Shown: positions 29,542-40,386 of the stretch, in pieces
Layout of the letters: the number at the start of each line of letters is the position of its first letter
Numbering within the stretch: position 1 is the first letter of the stretch
From: Methanobacteriota archaeon
GTDB taxonomy: Archaea; Thermoplasmatota; Poseidoniia; Poseidoniales; Thalassarchaeaceae
Length of the DNA: 64,000 bases
Reading direction: 5' to 3'
Assembly (NCBI GenBank): GCA_028355015.1
Contig: JAOMRN010000003.1
Coordinates: 48,142 to 112,141, forward strand
Notes under the pieces: model-generated
What the model saw: only the letters and a program-made list of their open reading frames with translations
Database searches by the model: none
What the model was told of the DNA's origin: nothing
Program-made: the position numbers and the translations under genes

Positions 29542-29962
29542 TCTCTAATTCTTCCCCATCTTTACATGGTAAAGATTCTCTCAAAAACGAACCTGAAATA
29601 ACTTCTGCGGTTTCCGTGTGTCTTGTCAAATCAGGGATTAATATTGCGCAAGCAATCCAATACTTACCATCTGCTGATATTTTTGCAGGGAATGCAGTAG
29701 CCCCTCCGAATGATTTTCCATCTCTTTCGAATCCCTTTATCCTGAATTTCTCAGTATGCTGTGAAACTTTACCCTCTTCTAGTCCAGATAATATTCTTAG
29801 ATTTCTGTAATTTGCCAAACTAGATTTATCCATATCTAGATTAAGAGTGCCAGGCCAAGCACTGACTTCTAACACCTGTTTAAACTGCTCTTGATAATGT
29901 GGTTGAGCCATAAAAACATGGGCTCTTCCGAGACCACTTGATACTCTACCGGAGAGGTGCAT
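29528..29962 (-). CDS. ribK: archaeal CTP-dependent riboflavin kinase (kinase domain only)
   Basis: GRVSSGLGRAHVFMAQPHYQEQFKQVLEVSAWPGTLNL matches the archaeal RibK pattern (GkV.sGlG.G.........Y..qf.......PypGTLN). 14-nt convergent overlap with truA. Confidence 0.7.
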   Translation of the reverse strand: MHLSGRVSSGLGRAHVFMAQPHYQEQFKQVLEVSAWPGTLNLDMDKSSLANYRNLRILSGLEEGKVSQHTEKFRIKGFERDGKSFGGATAFPAKISADGKYWIACAILIPDLTRHTETAEVISGSFLRESLPCKDGEELEIKLN

Positions 29963-30009
29963 ATTTCTCCGTCTACTATTCTATTCAAGAGGGTTGCCGC
30001 TTACAATTT

Positions 30010-30897
30010 TCATATCGATAGGGTATCATTCCTTTCACATATACTCCAGCCATATGATTCCACTAATTTTCTTTCTTCCGAATTATGGTCATTTACTGGA
30101 TTTGAATGGTTTAAATGTATGAATGAGATATCTGGATCGTTTATTTTTTTCATTCCCAAATAGTGAATACTATCTTCTATAGTTGGATGTGGTATTTTTG
30201 ATAAGTCTCTTCCTGGCAGTTCGTTTAGATTCCAAAAAGTCCCATCAACCAATGCAATATCAATTCTTAATGAAGTCAATAATTCTCTAATATTTCTTAC
30301 AGAAAAAGAATCTAATGTCTCACTCCATGAATCTTGATCTGGCAAGAATAAGAGATTCTTTCTTGGCCCTTTAATTAAAATAGCGGATGTATCGCCCAAT
30401 TCGCTTCGATGAGGTATTGGAATAAATTCTAATGTAAATCCACAATCATTCGTTGGTTGAAATTGATTTTTAGATATTAATCTAATATTCCCTTCTTCAA
30501 TCATTAATTTTACATCATTTCTTTCCTGCATAGAATCATTATTCATTTGACTCAAATAAATTGGTAAATTATTAACTCCCATTACAGGTTTTCCAAATTG
30601 GCCAATTCCTTCAACATGGCCGAGATGCAGGTGAGTAATTGTTACAGAGTCAGGGATGAATATTTTTTGTTCTATATCATCTCCACTCCATAATCTCAAT
30701 TGTTCAGATAAATTTTTTGTGACCTCTATTAGATGTTTTGAGCCATCACGTCCTTCTATGCCAAGAGATACAGGGTATCTCTTAAGTCCAGGATTCTCAT
30801 GAGCATTCAAGCACCTTTCGCATGAACATCCTGCCTGTGGAATGCCCGCATCTTGTGCGATGCCGAGTATTGTTACGATTATTTCTGGTTCCATCAA
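30010..30897 (-). CDS. MBL-fold metallo-hydrolase (PqqB-like)
   Basis: ITHLHLGHVEG His cluster. N-terminal CSCERC. Confidence 0.5.
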   Translation of the reverse strand: MMEPEIIVTILGIAQDAGIPQAGCSCERCLNAHENPGLKRYPVSLGIEGRDGSKHLIEVTKNLSEQLRLWSGDDIEQKIFIPDSVTITHLHLGHVEGIGQFGKPVMGVNNLPIYLSQMNNDSMQERNDVKLMIEEGNIRLISKNQFQPTNDCGFTLEFIPIPHRSELGDTSAILIKGPRKNLLFLPDQDSWSETLDSFSVRNIRELLTSLRIDIALVDGTFWNLNELPGRDLSKIPHPTIEDSIHYLGMKKINDPDISFIHLNHSNPVNDHNSEERKLVESYGWSICERNDTLSI

Positions 30898-30974
30898 AAG
30901 CGTCGTGTAGGCATGTATCTTTAACTCGTATGTTCATTTCCTCAATATCGTCTAATCGAAGCACCAATGTACTG

Positions 30975-32174
30975 ATGGGCTCTGTCAGGGTTATGGTTGC
31001 CGATACCTCTTGGATGTCGAAGCGTTTCGACGAACTACAAAATCAGGGTCTAGATTGGAATCCCCCTACTCTCCAAACGGCTAATGATGCCAAATGTACT
31101 ATAGATGGCAAGGAGACTATAATGCTTTCAGCAAATAACTATCTAAATTTGACTAATCATCCCAAGGTCATGAATGCCATGATATCTGCAACTAAGAAAT
31201 ATGGTTCTGGAAGTGGTTCAGTTAGAGCAATAGCTGGAACTATGGACATTCATCTTGAAGCCGAAAAAAAAGTGGCTGAATTTAAGAAGGTAGAATCTTC
31301 ATTAATTTACTCTGCTGGCTATACAGTGAATGTTGGCCTGATACCGACATTAGTCCGAGGCCCACAAGATATTATCATTAGTGATGAATTAAATCATGGT
31401 TCAATAATAGATGGAGTGAGATTAACTAAGGCTCGTCGTGGCGTATATGCTCACAATGATATGTCCGAATTAGAAGCCGTATTAATGCAAAATTCTGATG
31501 CAGAGAGAAAATTAATAATTACTGATGGCGTATTTTCAATGGATGGAGATATAGCTCCCTTAGATGAAATTACAAAATTAGCGGAAGAATATGATTCTAT
31601 GGTTTATGTAGATGACTGCCATGGTGAAGGAGTTCTCGGGAACAAGGGCGCAGGTATAGTTGATCACTTTAATTTACAAGGAAAAGTACATTTTGAAACA
31701 GGTTCTTTCTCTAAAGCATTAGGTGTTCAAGGAGGGATACTAGCTGGGACTGAAGAAGTTAGAAATCATGCATTGAATCATTCCCGCTCATGGCTTTTAT
31801 CTGGTAGTCAACCACCTGGTGTGGCAGCTGCTCAAAAGGCAGCAATAGAGGTATTAATGAGCGAGCCAGAGCATCATTCTAGGCTTTGGGATAATACTAA
31901 TTATTTCCGTAAAGAATTGCAATCTCTTGGTTTTGATACAGGAGTTTCTGAAACCCCAATAATCCCAATAATGTGCGGTGAATCTTTAGTTGCTAAACAA
32001 TTATCTGACGAACTCAGTCAAGAGAATGTGATGGCAGGTGCAATTGTATTCCCAATGGTCTCTCGTGATAAAGCGAGAGTGCGGACTCAAATGTCTGCCG
32101 GTTTAACAAGAGATGATTTAGATAATGTCCTACATTTATTAGAAAAAATAGGTCCTAGGATTAATTTAATTTGA
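30975..32174 (+). CDS. 2-amino-3-ketobutyrate CoA ligase / 8-amino-7-oxononanoate synthase family (class-II PLP aminotransferase)
   Basis: PLP-lysine context TGSFSKALGVQGG, DDCHGEG, GSGSVRAIAGT. The track ORF starts at 30822 but homology begins near the ATG at 30975 or 31014. Confidence 0.8.
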   Translation: MGSVRVMVADTSWMSKRFDELQNQGLDWNPPTLQTANDAKCTIDGKETIMLSANNYLNLTNHPKVMNAMISATKKYGSGSGSVRAIAGTMDIHLEAEKKVAEFKKVESSLIYSAGYTVNVGLIPTLVRGPQDIIISDELNHGSIIDGVRLTKARRGVYAHNDMSELEAVLMQNSDAERKLIITDGVFSMDGDIAPLDEITKLAEEYDSMVYVDDCHGEGVLGNKGAGIVDHFNLQGKVHFETGSFSKALGVQGGILAGTEEVRNHALNHSRSWLLSGSQPPGVAAAQKAAIEVLMSEPEHHSRLWDNTNYFRKELQSLGFDTGVSETPIIPIMCGESLVAKQLSDELSQENVMAGAIVFPMVSRDKARVRTQMSAGLTRDDLDNVLHLLEKIGPRINLI

Positions 32175-32183
32175 AGTGATATT

Positions 32184-32603
32184 ATGGTGGAATCATCGAC
32201 ATTAGATTCTGGAGCCATTAAATCAATGATGCACAGAATAAAATCAGTACCAATTACTGATACTTTGAAAATGCAAATATTAAGACTCGATAAAGGAGAA
32301 TGCGAGGCCTTTATTCCTAGAGAAAAGAAATGGGATGGGATTTATGAAACATTTCATGGTGGTATTCTTGCAACTATTGCAGACAGCATAACATGTTGGG
32401 CAATTCTGACTGAAATAGGTCCAAGTTCCAATGTCGCGACTACTGATTTTAATATACGTTTTTTACGCCCATGTAAGACTGATGTTAAATGCTTAGCTAG
32501 GACTATCAAAGTCGGTCGTACCATGAGTCTCGCAGAAGCAGAGCTCTTCGATGTAAACGATAAATTAGTCGCAGTTGCACAAGTAAATTATATCATTTTG
32601 TAA
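32184..32603 (+). CDS. PaaI/YbgC-type hotdog-fold thioesterase
   Basis: HGGILATIADSITCWAI and overall 139-aa hotdog pattern. Confidence 0.65.
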   Translation: MVESSTLDSGAIKSMMHRIKSVPITDTLKMQILRLDKGECEAFIPREKKWDGIYETFHGGILATIADSITCWAILTEIGPSSNVATTDFNIRFLRPCKTDVKCLARTIKVGRTMSLAEAELFDVNDKLVAVAQVNYIIL

Positions 32604-32606
32604 TAA

Positions 32607-33242
32607 TCAATCTAATTCTTCGATTGCATTTTCAATCTCAATATTATTCTTTTCAAAAATCTCTTCTTTTCTATTATCTGGATAAATCGTCATATGCATT
32701 CCTTCAAAAGGACCTAAATCTCTATCAATTCGTTCTAGGATTCTCCACCTTGGAGCATAAGATAATTGAATATATAGAGGGCCAGGGAGGATAATTAGTG
32801 AATATCCAATCCATTCTATGGTGTCAGATATTGAAAAAGTAATTGCAATTGTAGTTATTAAAAATCCAATGAATGGGAGTGGATAGATGTACCTTCTTCT
32901 TTTTTCTAATCTAACTGGAGGTCTCCTAAATATTGATGACATTAAACTTGAAGTCCCTCCTAAAAATCCGCATATAAATATGATAATCAGACTTTCATTA
33001 ACCCATCTTTCAATAATTGAATCCAGTTCTCTAGAATTCACATAGCCATCATAGGCTGTTGGTAATATCAGAGTCAAATTTATCATCAGAGCATAAATAA
33101 TTCCTATGAATACTGGATGTGAAAAGGATAATGGATATCCTAGGAAAAGTTGACTAATTGAACCTCCTTCTAGCATGATTCGATGCTCTTCATCGAATTC
33201 CTCTAGACGTTCACGCCACCTTGACATATTTCTCAGGCCCAA
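32607..33242 (-). CDS. membrane protein, hypothetical
   Basis: 4-5 hydrophobic helices, no motif. Confidence 0.35.
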   Translation of the reverse strand: MGLRNMSRWRERLEEFDEEHRIMLEGGSISQLFLGYPLSFSHPVFIGIIYALMINLTLILPTAYDGYVNSRELDSIIERWVNESLIIIFICGFLGGTSSLMSSIFRRPPVRLEKRRRYIYPLPFIGFLITTIAITFSISDTIEWIGYSLIILPGPLYIQLSYAPRWRILERIDRDLGPFEGMHMTIYPDNRKEEIFEKNNIEIENAIEELD

Positions 33243-33381
33243 GTGACGGCTCTTTCAGTATTGCGGGCGATAAATGTGTAATTATGTTGTTTTAAAGTAA
33301 TAATCGAATATTTCTATTTCTAATCGTAATATAGGAGATATTATCACTTGTTCACATGGGGAGTAGATTTTGTGATGCTAT

Positions 33382-34551
33382 ATGAGTAGTGAAGATGTAT
33401 TGTTTACAATTACTGGTAGAAATTTAGATTCAGGTTTAAGAGGAGTTCCTGTAGGCACCTGTCAAACATCTTTTGTCGATCCTCTTGAAGGCGTCCACTA
33501 TGTTGGTTACCCTGTTGAAGATCTGGTAAATATGGAGGAAGAAGATGTCATCTTTTTGTTGATGCACAAACGTCTTCCTACTGAAGAAGAAGCTCAAGAG
33601 TTTCACGCTGAGTTGACGCAGAGAGGTGAAAATATACCTACCGGTGCTCTCCGAGTTTTAGAATCATTAACTCCAGGGAGCGGTCACCCAATGGATTGGC
33701 TTTCTATCGGTATTATGGCACTCGGCGCAGCAGAGAATACAGGCGATACAAGAGCGGATGCGATGAATTTGATTGCTAGAATGCCTGAGCTAATGGCTAG
33801 GATTTTTAGATTAAGAGGTGGCGAAAAAGAGAAGTTACAACCTCGCAGACCGGGCCTCGGATTAGTAGAAAATTTCGTACATATGATGGGGTATAAAGGT
33901 CAGAAGGCTAGAGATATTGAGAGAGTTTTACGCTTCTTTTTCATTCTTCATATGGATCATGGTGGAGGAAACTTGTCTACCTTTTCTGGTAAAGCAGTAG
34001 CATCAGGCTGGGCATCAATTTACTCATCTATTTCTAGTGCAATGAATGCACTTTCTGGTCCACTTCATGGCAGAGCAAACCAAGCATGTCTCGAGTTCGT
34101 ACAAAGAATAGGAACTTCAGACCATCAAGAAATCGAGGATTTTGTTCGTACAGAATTAGAAAACAGGCGCCCAATATACGGATTTGGGCATGGTGTGCTA
34201 AGAGCAGAAGATCCTCGTGCACGCTTACTGATTGAGCTCGGAGAGGAAATTTGTCCAGATGATGACAATTTCAAAATCGTCAGAGCATTACGAGAAGTAG
34301 TTCCTCCAATACTTAGTGAAATACCTAAGATAAGCAATCCATATCCAAATGTAGATATTGCCAGCGGAAGTCTTCTTCATTCCGTTGGATTTAGAATGCC
34401 TGAGTACTATACGACTTTCTTTGGTTGGGCGCGTGTTGCCGGAATTAGTGCGCAAATACTAGATGAAAGAAATGCTAGAGATGGCAGAGGTACTCCAATT
34501 TATAGGCCCAAATATATCCCTAAAAATCAACCTTTGAGAAGATTAGAGTAA
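33382..34551 (+). CDS. gltA: citrate synthase
   Basis: Signature GFGHGVLRAEDPRA and FILHMDHGGGNLSTF. Confidence 0.85.
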   Translation: MSSEDVLFTITGRNLDSGLRGVPVGTCQTSFVDPLEGVHYVGYPVEDLVNMEEEDVIFLLMHKRLPTEEEAQEFHAELTQRGENIPTGALRVLESLTPGSGHPMDWLSIGIMALGAAENTGDTRADAMNLIARMPELMARIFRLRGGEKEKLQPRRPGLGLVENFVHMMGYKGQKARDIERVLRFFFILHMDHGGGNLSTFSGKAVASGWASIYSSISSAMNALSGPLHGRANQACLEFVQRIGTSDHQEIEDFVRTELENRRPIYGFGHGVLRAEDPRARLLIELGEEICPDDDNFKIVRALREVVPPILSEIPKISNPYPNVDIASGSLLHSVGFRMPEYYTTFFGWARVAGISAQILDERNARDGRGTPIYRPKYIPKNQPLRRLE

Positions 34552-35685
34552 TCAAGACCCCCCTCTATGCGATTTCCCCGTACCTCTGTGTCCAATTATT
34601 CGTGAAACTTCCCAAGGTAAACTTGATTCAGAAGTTTCATTTAAGAGTGTATCAATATCTCTTTCCCATAACCATTTTTTCTTCCATTTTTCAACAAAAT
34701 TTCTTCTTTCACTATCTGATAGTTCATACCAAGAGGGTATTTCCTCCTGTAATTCAGAAATTTTTGAGGCATGTTCGCCCATAGGAGTTTCATCTAATTC
34801 TTTTCTCATTTCATCTGTCAAAGGTTGAGTTGCAGGTTTTATCCAACGCGCATGACCTGAATCTAAAGTAACTGAATTAGGAGATAAATCATCAGTAAGA
34901 CCTGTTAAACCTGCATCTAGTAACAATCTTTCTGAATCTGATTTTGCAGGCCATACATAAATGGGATAACCTCTTCTATATTTTGTTAATCTATCCAATT
35001 TCTTACCTTCTAAACCCACTGTCCAACCAATATTGATTTTACTTTCAATACCTTTCAAATATTGTAGTGAACAAGGGAGCATAGGGGACCCTTCTTCTCT
35101 TTGTCTATCGATTAATTTAGGCAAAGAATTTGCTAAAAAAGAAGGAGTTGCTATAATTCTTTGAGTAGTCCAATTACCCCATGACCTAATATTAGGGCGT
35201 AGTCTACTAAATTCAAGATTAGTATTAATTTTCTTGGAAGCAGAAATAATCTTTGGATCGAATGAATAAATTACAGTACTACTACTGCTTCTTTCTATTG
35301 GTTGTAATAACTCATCTAATTTTTGAATCATCTTAATCATATGTTGTTCTTTTTCTCTACCATTGAACCATCCACCTGCCTTACCACTAGATGGATGTGG
35401 TGTTTTGAACTCTATACAAGTAAAAGCCCCTTCTTCTGTCCAACGACGAATAAAATCTTTATTTTCTAATAATTTATCCATGGTCTCTACATATTCAGGT
35501 AAATCATCAATTGTTAGGCACTCCGGATATTCTCCAAACTCTGTTTTTGAATCATGATGTAGGACTAGCATATCGTCCTCTGTCAATCGTAAATCTAGTT
35601 CTACACCATCTGAATTTATCATGCCATATACTAGAGCTTCAACTGTATTTTCTCTCGGTCGAATCCAATCTTTCTCGACCTCCAT
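34552..35685 (-). CDS. glycerophosphodiester-phosphodiesterase-like (degenerate) protein, hypothetical
   Basis: N-terminal RENTVEAL...GVELDLRLTEDDMLVLHHD resembles the GDPD start but lacks the HR dyad. The extreme C-terminus reads IIGHRGTG. Confidence 0.3.
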   Translation of the reverse strand: MEVEKDWIRPRENTVEALVYGMINSDGVELDLRLTEDDMLVLHHDSKTEFGEYPECLTIDDLPEYVETMDKLLENKDFIRRWTEEGAFTCIEFKTPHPSSGKAGGWFNGREKEQHMIKMIQKLDELLQPIERSSSSTVIYSFDPKIISASKKINTNLEFSRLRPNIRSWGNWTTQRIIATPSFLANSLPKLIDRQREEGSPMLPCSLQYLKGIESKINIGWTVGLEGKKLDRLTKYRRGYPIYVWPAKSDSERLLLDAGLTGLTDDLSPNSVTLDSGHARWIKPATQPLTDEMRKELDETPMGEHASKISELQEEIPSWYELSDSERRNFVEKWKKKWLWERDIDTLLNETSESSLPWEVSRIIGHRGTGKSHRGGS

Positions 35686-35732
35686 GACACTACGGCACTG
35701 TTGCTAATAATTAATCAAACGTTTTTTCCTAC

Positions 35733-35748
35733 ATTGGGGCGCCCCAAT
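35733..35748. repeat. perfect 16-bp palindrome ATTGGGGCGCCCCAAT in a divergent promoter region
   Basis: Read directly. GC-rich in AT-rich spacer between the 35685(-) and 35783(+) starts. Confidence 0.7.
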
Positions 35749-35782
35749 ACTAAAGTGTCGAAAAGTAAGCCGAGATATAGGT

Positions 35783-37645
35783 ATGGCCATGTCAGAGACA
35801 ATCGAATTAGATCAAAAATCAGACCCGCAAGCAGTAAAAGGATATGCATTTTATGACTGGGCTAAATCTGCATTTGAGACTTCAGTAACAGTTGCAGTTC
35901 TACCAGCTTGGTACGCGTATCTTTTCCTCAAAGCCAATGGTTTGACCACTACTATCGGTTCAATTGAGATGCAAGGTGATGCTGTTTGGTCCTTTGCAGT
36001 TGCTTTTGGCACATTATTTATAGCCATTATAAGTCCATCATTGGGTGTCATTGCAGATAGGAGAAGAATCAAGATGTGGTGGTTAAGAATTCTTACTTAT
36101 GTGGGAGCAGGATCAACTTTTCTCCTAGCATTTGCTCCATTGTTACCAGTAGATACTCAATGGATTTGGTTAATGGTTTTCTTCATGCTAGCTAATGTAG
36201 GATTGAATGGAGCAGGTGTATTCTACAATGCTCTTCTCCCACATATGGGTACCGATGATGAGATGGATAGAATTTCCAACCTCGCCTTTGCATATGGTTA
36301 TCTTGGAGGTGGGCTCTTACTTCTTGTTCACCTAATTATGGTATTATCTTTAACCGGTGATTGGGTTATTCCATTCGTCATGGCATCTTCCGGAATATGG
36401 TGGTATGGTTTCGCTCTAGTGACCTTCAAATTGGTTCCAGAACCTCCTATTGAAAATGAGATGCCTTCACTCGGTTTTGTATCATCTGCCAAACTGGCAA
36501 TCTCTGAAATTAGAAAGACTCTTAGTGAAGTTCAAAAATTTAGGACTCTTTTCATTTACATGTTAGCATACTTCTTCTTTATCGACGGTATAAACAGTGT
36601 AACTGCTTTAGGAGGTGTATTTGGTAGTACAGTTTTAGGTATCACTACAGTTGATTTAATTGTAACAATTCTTGCAATACAATTCGTAGCTTGGCCTTCT
36701 GCGCTTATGTTCACATCACTTTCCAATGGAGGAAAAATCCCCATGGTTAATCTTTGGGGCCCGAATAGATTTAAGATAATGATAATTAATGGAATTGGAA
36801 CTAAGAGAGCACTTAACGTATCATTGGTCGGATGGGTTATACTCTGTTTTGCAGCACTTTCTTTCGCTCCATTGGAATATACTGACCATACTGATTATCA
36901 GGTGCAGATAGAAGAAGTTGATGGTGAGTGGTTCTATACTCCACATGCAAATATACTCGATACCCCTATTGCTTTAGTTGAAGGTGGAGACGAACAGATA
37001 TGGGCTGAATCTTCATTACTTTCCTGGGGTATAGTACAGCAAAATGAGGATATTTCTGATGCTATAATCTATGAATGGGCAGGCTTCGATGATGATGGTA
37101 ATGCTATTGCCGTCAGCATAGCCTCCCTTACACCCGGAGAAATTACTTCTCTAACCGAATCGTTTGAAGATACTCGTTTTTCAATTAGTGTTAGAGATAC
37201 TTCAACCATGGTAGGTATTGATCATCCTACAAATCTTGGAGATGGTGTGATTGATTTTATTCCAGAAACAGTCAGGGATAAAGTCTGGGGTCCATTGCAA
37301 CTTTCAGTAGGCATACAATTCTTAATCTTAGGTTGTGCAATGGGTACATTACTCGGTGGTTCTCAAGGGTTAGCAAGGAGCATGTTTGGGCAAATGGTTC
37401 CTGAAACTAGAAGTGCAGAATTCTTTGGATTTTTTGGTTTCTTTGGTAAAGTTGCCGCGTTCATTGGACCATTATTGTATGGATTCATGACAGTGATGTA
37501 TGACAGTAGAATGGGTATTCTATCAATTGCAGTATTAATTCTGATAGGTGCAGTTATGATGCGAATGGTCGATCTTGAAGAAGGCCGATTAGATGCACAA
37601 GCCGAAGATGCTCGTAATCGCGGAATTACTATTCCTGAAGAGTAA
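35783..37645 (+). CDS. MFS transporter, UMF1/Atg22-like family, with ~130-aa extracytoplasmic insert
   Basis: N-terminal VKGYAFYDWAKSAFETSV (UMF1 hallmark), then 12 TM helices. Confidence 0.6.
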   Translation: MAMSETIELDQKSDPQAVKGYAFYDWAKSAFETSVTVAVLPAWYAYLFLKANGLTTTIGSIEMQGDAVWSFAVAFGTLFIAIISPSLGVIADRRRIKMWWLRILTYVGAGSTFLLAFAPLLPVDTQWIWLMVFFMLANVGLNGAGVFYNALLPHMGTDDEMDRISNLAFAYGYLGGGLLLLVHLIMVLSLTGDWVIPFVMASSGIWWYGFALVTFKLVPEPPIENEMPSLGFVSSAKLAISEIRKTLSEVQKFRTLFIYMLAYFFFIDGINSVTALGGVFGSTVLGITTVDLIVTILAIQFVAWPSALMFTSLSNGGKIPMVNLWGPNRFKIMIINGIGTKRALNVSLVGWVILCFAALSFAPLEYTDHTDYQVQIEEVDGEWFYTPHANILDTPIALVEGGDEQIWAESSLLSWGIVQQNEDISDAIIYEWAGFDDDGNAIAVSIASLTPGEITSLTESFEDTRFSISVRDTSTMVGIDHPTNLGDGVIDFIPETVRDKVWGPLQLSVGIQFLILGCAMGTLLGGSQGLARSMFGQMVPETRSAEFFGFFGFFGKVAAFIGPLLYGFMTVMYDSRMGILSIAVLILIGAVMMRMVDLEEGRLDAQAEDARNRGITIPEE

Positions 37646-37647
37646 TT

Positions 37648-38442
37648 TTATTTACTCATAATTTTATCAAATACTAATGCTACTTCTAGTAGCAGGATCA
37701 TTGGTCCTCCTACTAGGAACATTGATAGTGGATCAGGAGGGGATAGCAATGCCCCTAATACAATAGCGGTAAACCAAATAATACCCCTATTTTCTGTTAT
37801 GATAACCCTACTAACAATTCCATTTCTTAGCAATATCCATACTAGCAAGGGTGTTTGAAAACTGATTATTGACCCGAAGAATAGCCCTACTATGAATCCC
37901 ATCCAAGATTGTAATTGCCAAGTATTTGATAATCCTATATTAGTGGCATCATTTGCTAAGAATTCAAGAAGCATTGGTATCAATATTTTGTGTGCATAAA
38001 TGCCTCCAACTATGGCGAGTCCAAAAGCCGAAATGAGCGCTATCGTAAATTGGAAAAATCTAGGTTTACTTTTGTTTATCTTCTCTCTTTTAGCCGCAGC
38101 AAATATTTCTCTCCCATTTAATGCTAGATCTGAGATTATTAATCCTAAGGTTAGGATAAATCCTATTTTCGTAGCTATACTCAATCGAAGTAAAATAACT
38201 TCCATTGGTTGTAATATTATTAATTCTACTCCATTTGGCAAATATCCATCCATATTCATCATCCAATCAATAATTTCTCCTGAAAATGGATAACCTAGAA
38301 TCATCCCGGCTACAAAAACTGCAATGAATAGTTTTATCTTTCGCTTCAAATAATCAATTAAACCTACCAATTCGGCCATTGGGACCATGTCTCCGGGCCG
38401 TTCGTTCATGTTATTCCGTAGAGGTTCTATTCCTGAATACAT
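37648..38442 (-). CDS. tatC: twin-arginine translocase subunit TatC
   Basis: 6 TM helices; LLSPPDPLS motif and TatC-like N-terminus. Confidence 0.7.
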   Translation of the reverse strand: MYSGIEPLRNNMNERPGDMVPMAELVGLIDYLKRKIKLFIAVFVAGMILGYPFSGEIIDWMMNMDGYLPNGVELIILQPMEVILLRLSIATKIGFILTLGLIISDLALNGREIFAAAKREKINKSKPRFFQFTIALISAFGLAIVGGIYAHKILIPMLLEFLANDATNIGLSNTWQLQSWMGFIVGLFFGSIISFQTPLLVWILLRNGIVSRVIITENRGIIWFTAIVLGALLSPPDPLSMFLVGGPMILLLEVALVFDKIMSK

Positions 38443-38463
38443 CGCTCTGAGGTTTACTCATTC

Positions 38464-39579
38464 TTATCTTCTTAAAATTATAGATAGAATGTCTCCATCC
38501 TTCAGTCTATGGTCTAATCCGACTCTTTGCCAATCAAATTTTCCACTAGGTCCTTTTACTCTAGAGTATCTAAATTTTCTTACAAAATCTCTATGTAATT
38601 TAGCACAAACATCTCTCACAGTAGATGTATCTTTGATAATTAAAGGTTCGACTAAGTCCGCTTCTTGTCCCTGTGGCTTCAGATAAACGGACATAAAATG
38701 TAAATTTTCAAATATGAAATCTTTCATATTATCTATCCCTGTCCCTGTTTTTGCAGAAACTTGTAATACCGGCCAATTATGAGGTATCATTTCCATTGTT
38801 CTTTGGATGTCATCCTCATTAGCTAAGTCAACTTTATTGATTACTACTACTGCATTACTGTATACTCTATTACCTGCTAATGTATCTACAATATGATCGT
38901 CAGTGACATTTGTTCTTAGTGTCACTGTTGCTGAAACAATTCCAAAACTTCTTACAATTTCTTGTATCTCTTCATGAGTTAGATTTGTTTGTTTTACCGT
39001 TGATCTTACTACAATTCCTCCTCTATTAGATCTAGTGATAAATACTTGAGGTTCTTTTTGATTTAATCTCATACCAGATTTCCATAATTCTAAATCGAGA
39101 ATGTCGAAATGCGATTCTTGAAAAGGATCTAACACATACAGAACCATGTCAGCTCCTCTTATGACATTCAGAATTTCTTTTCCTCTCCCTTTACCATCAG
39201 AAGCTCCTTTAATCAGGCCAGGCAAGTCAAGAATCTGAATTTTAGCTCCTCTATGCTCCATTAAACCAGGTATACAAGTCAAGGTAGTAAATGCGAAATT
39301 CCCCACTTCCGACTCAACTTCAGTTAATTGAGATATCAGGCTAGACTTACCAACACTAGGGAAACCAACTAATGCGACCGAAGCATCTCCAGATTTTTTA
39401 ACTTCGAATCCTGGCCCACCACCACTAGCCTTTGCATGAGCTTGTGCTTTTTCCTTACGTGCTCTTAACGCTGCAATCTTTGCTTTTAGTTTACCAATAT
39501 GCGCATTTGTAGCTTTATTTTTCTGAGTTTTACCAATCTCATCTTCGAGTGACTTAATTTGTTCCTCGATTGTTGCCAT
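38464..39579 (-). CDS. DRG-family (Obg-class) GTPase with C-terminal TGS domain
   Basis: N-terminal KTQKNKATNAHIGKLKAKIA. G1 GFPSVGKSSL, G3 DLPG, NKVD. C-terminal TGS. Confidence 0.8.
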   Translation of the reverse strand: MATIEEQIKSLEDEIGKTQKNKATNAHIGKLKAKIAALRARKEKAQAHAKASGGGPGFEVKKSGDASVALVGFPSVGKSSLISQLTEVESEVGNFAFTTLTCIPGLMEHRGAKIQILDLPGLIKGASDGKGRGKEILNVIRGADMVLYVLDPFQESHFDILDLELWKSGMRLNQKEPQVFITRSNRGGIVVRSTVKQTNLTHEEIQEIVRSFGIVSATVTLRTNVTDDHIVDTLAGNRVYSNAVVVINKVDLANEDDIQRTMEMIPHNWPVLQVSAKTGTGIDNMKDFIFENLHFMSVYLKPQGQEADLVEPLIIKDTSTVRDVCAKLHRDFVRKFRYSRVKGPSGKFDWQRVGLDHRLKDGDILSIILRR

Positions 39580-39699
39580 ACCTAAACCCCTTATCGCGTC
39601 TGATTAATATGTTGATGGCCCCGACACCTATTCTTCAATTGAATGGACTAAGCGATAGTTCATGCCCTACTTCTCTTTGGATAGACCTGAGGGGCGACC

Positions 39700-40386
39700 A
39701 TGGCAGATGTGATACTAAATTTAGTAGATATGTCTATCTTCGAAGAATTAAGTCTGATGCCGGTTCAAGATATTCTCGATGAAGTTGAAAATCAAACACT
39801 GAGAATAAAGAGGCCAGAACTCGATCAAGGTTTCCATCGTGATTTTGAGGTCGATCTAGAAGGAGATATATTAGAATGGTCAGATAGAAATCCATTATTA
39901 GATTTATCTAAGTCAATAATGGAACAAAAGATTTCTTCTGATGAGCGCGCAAAAATTGGTATTTTATTGGCTAAATGGTGTTCTAAATCCGAATGGAGAT
40001 GTTGGGAAGCCCGTCTTTTTCTTTATGTCGAACCATCGCTCCCCGAATCTATTGATGGTTCTGATGAATTCCTTGAGTTCTCTACTTGGAATAGTTTTGC
40101 AAATACTCTATCTTCAACCGACAAAAAAAGTTATTCTGAATCAGTAGTTCTTGATTGGATGAAAAGAAGAGAGAATTTAGGCGAAACAATGGATCCTTCT
40201 GATGACCCAAGAATATTACCTACTATGGAAGTTCATAAATCGGCCAGTGAGTCATTACATATTTTTTTCAATAATCTTCGCTCCGAGAAAATCAGTTTGC
40301 TCGTGGGTCGAGAATATCTAGAATCGAACCTTTGGTCAATCGATGGTATTTATTTAGTAGATAAAATGGTGATTAATTATGACTGA
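39700..40386 (+). CDS. acidic hypothetical protein
   Basis: ORF only. Confidence 0.3.
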   Translation: MADVILNLVDMSIFEELSLMPVQDILDEVENQTLRIKRPELDQGFHRDFEVDLEGDILEWSDRNPLLDLSKSIMEQKISSDERAKIGILLAKWCSKSEWRCWEARLFLYVEPSLPESIDGSDEFLEFSTWNSFANTLSSTDKKSYSESVVLDWMKRRENLGETMDPSDDPRILPTMEVHKSASESLHIFFNNLRSEKISLLVGREYLESNLWSIDGIYLVDKMVINYD

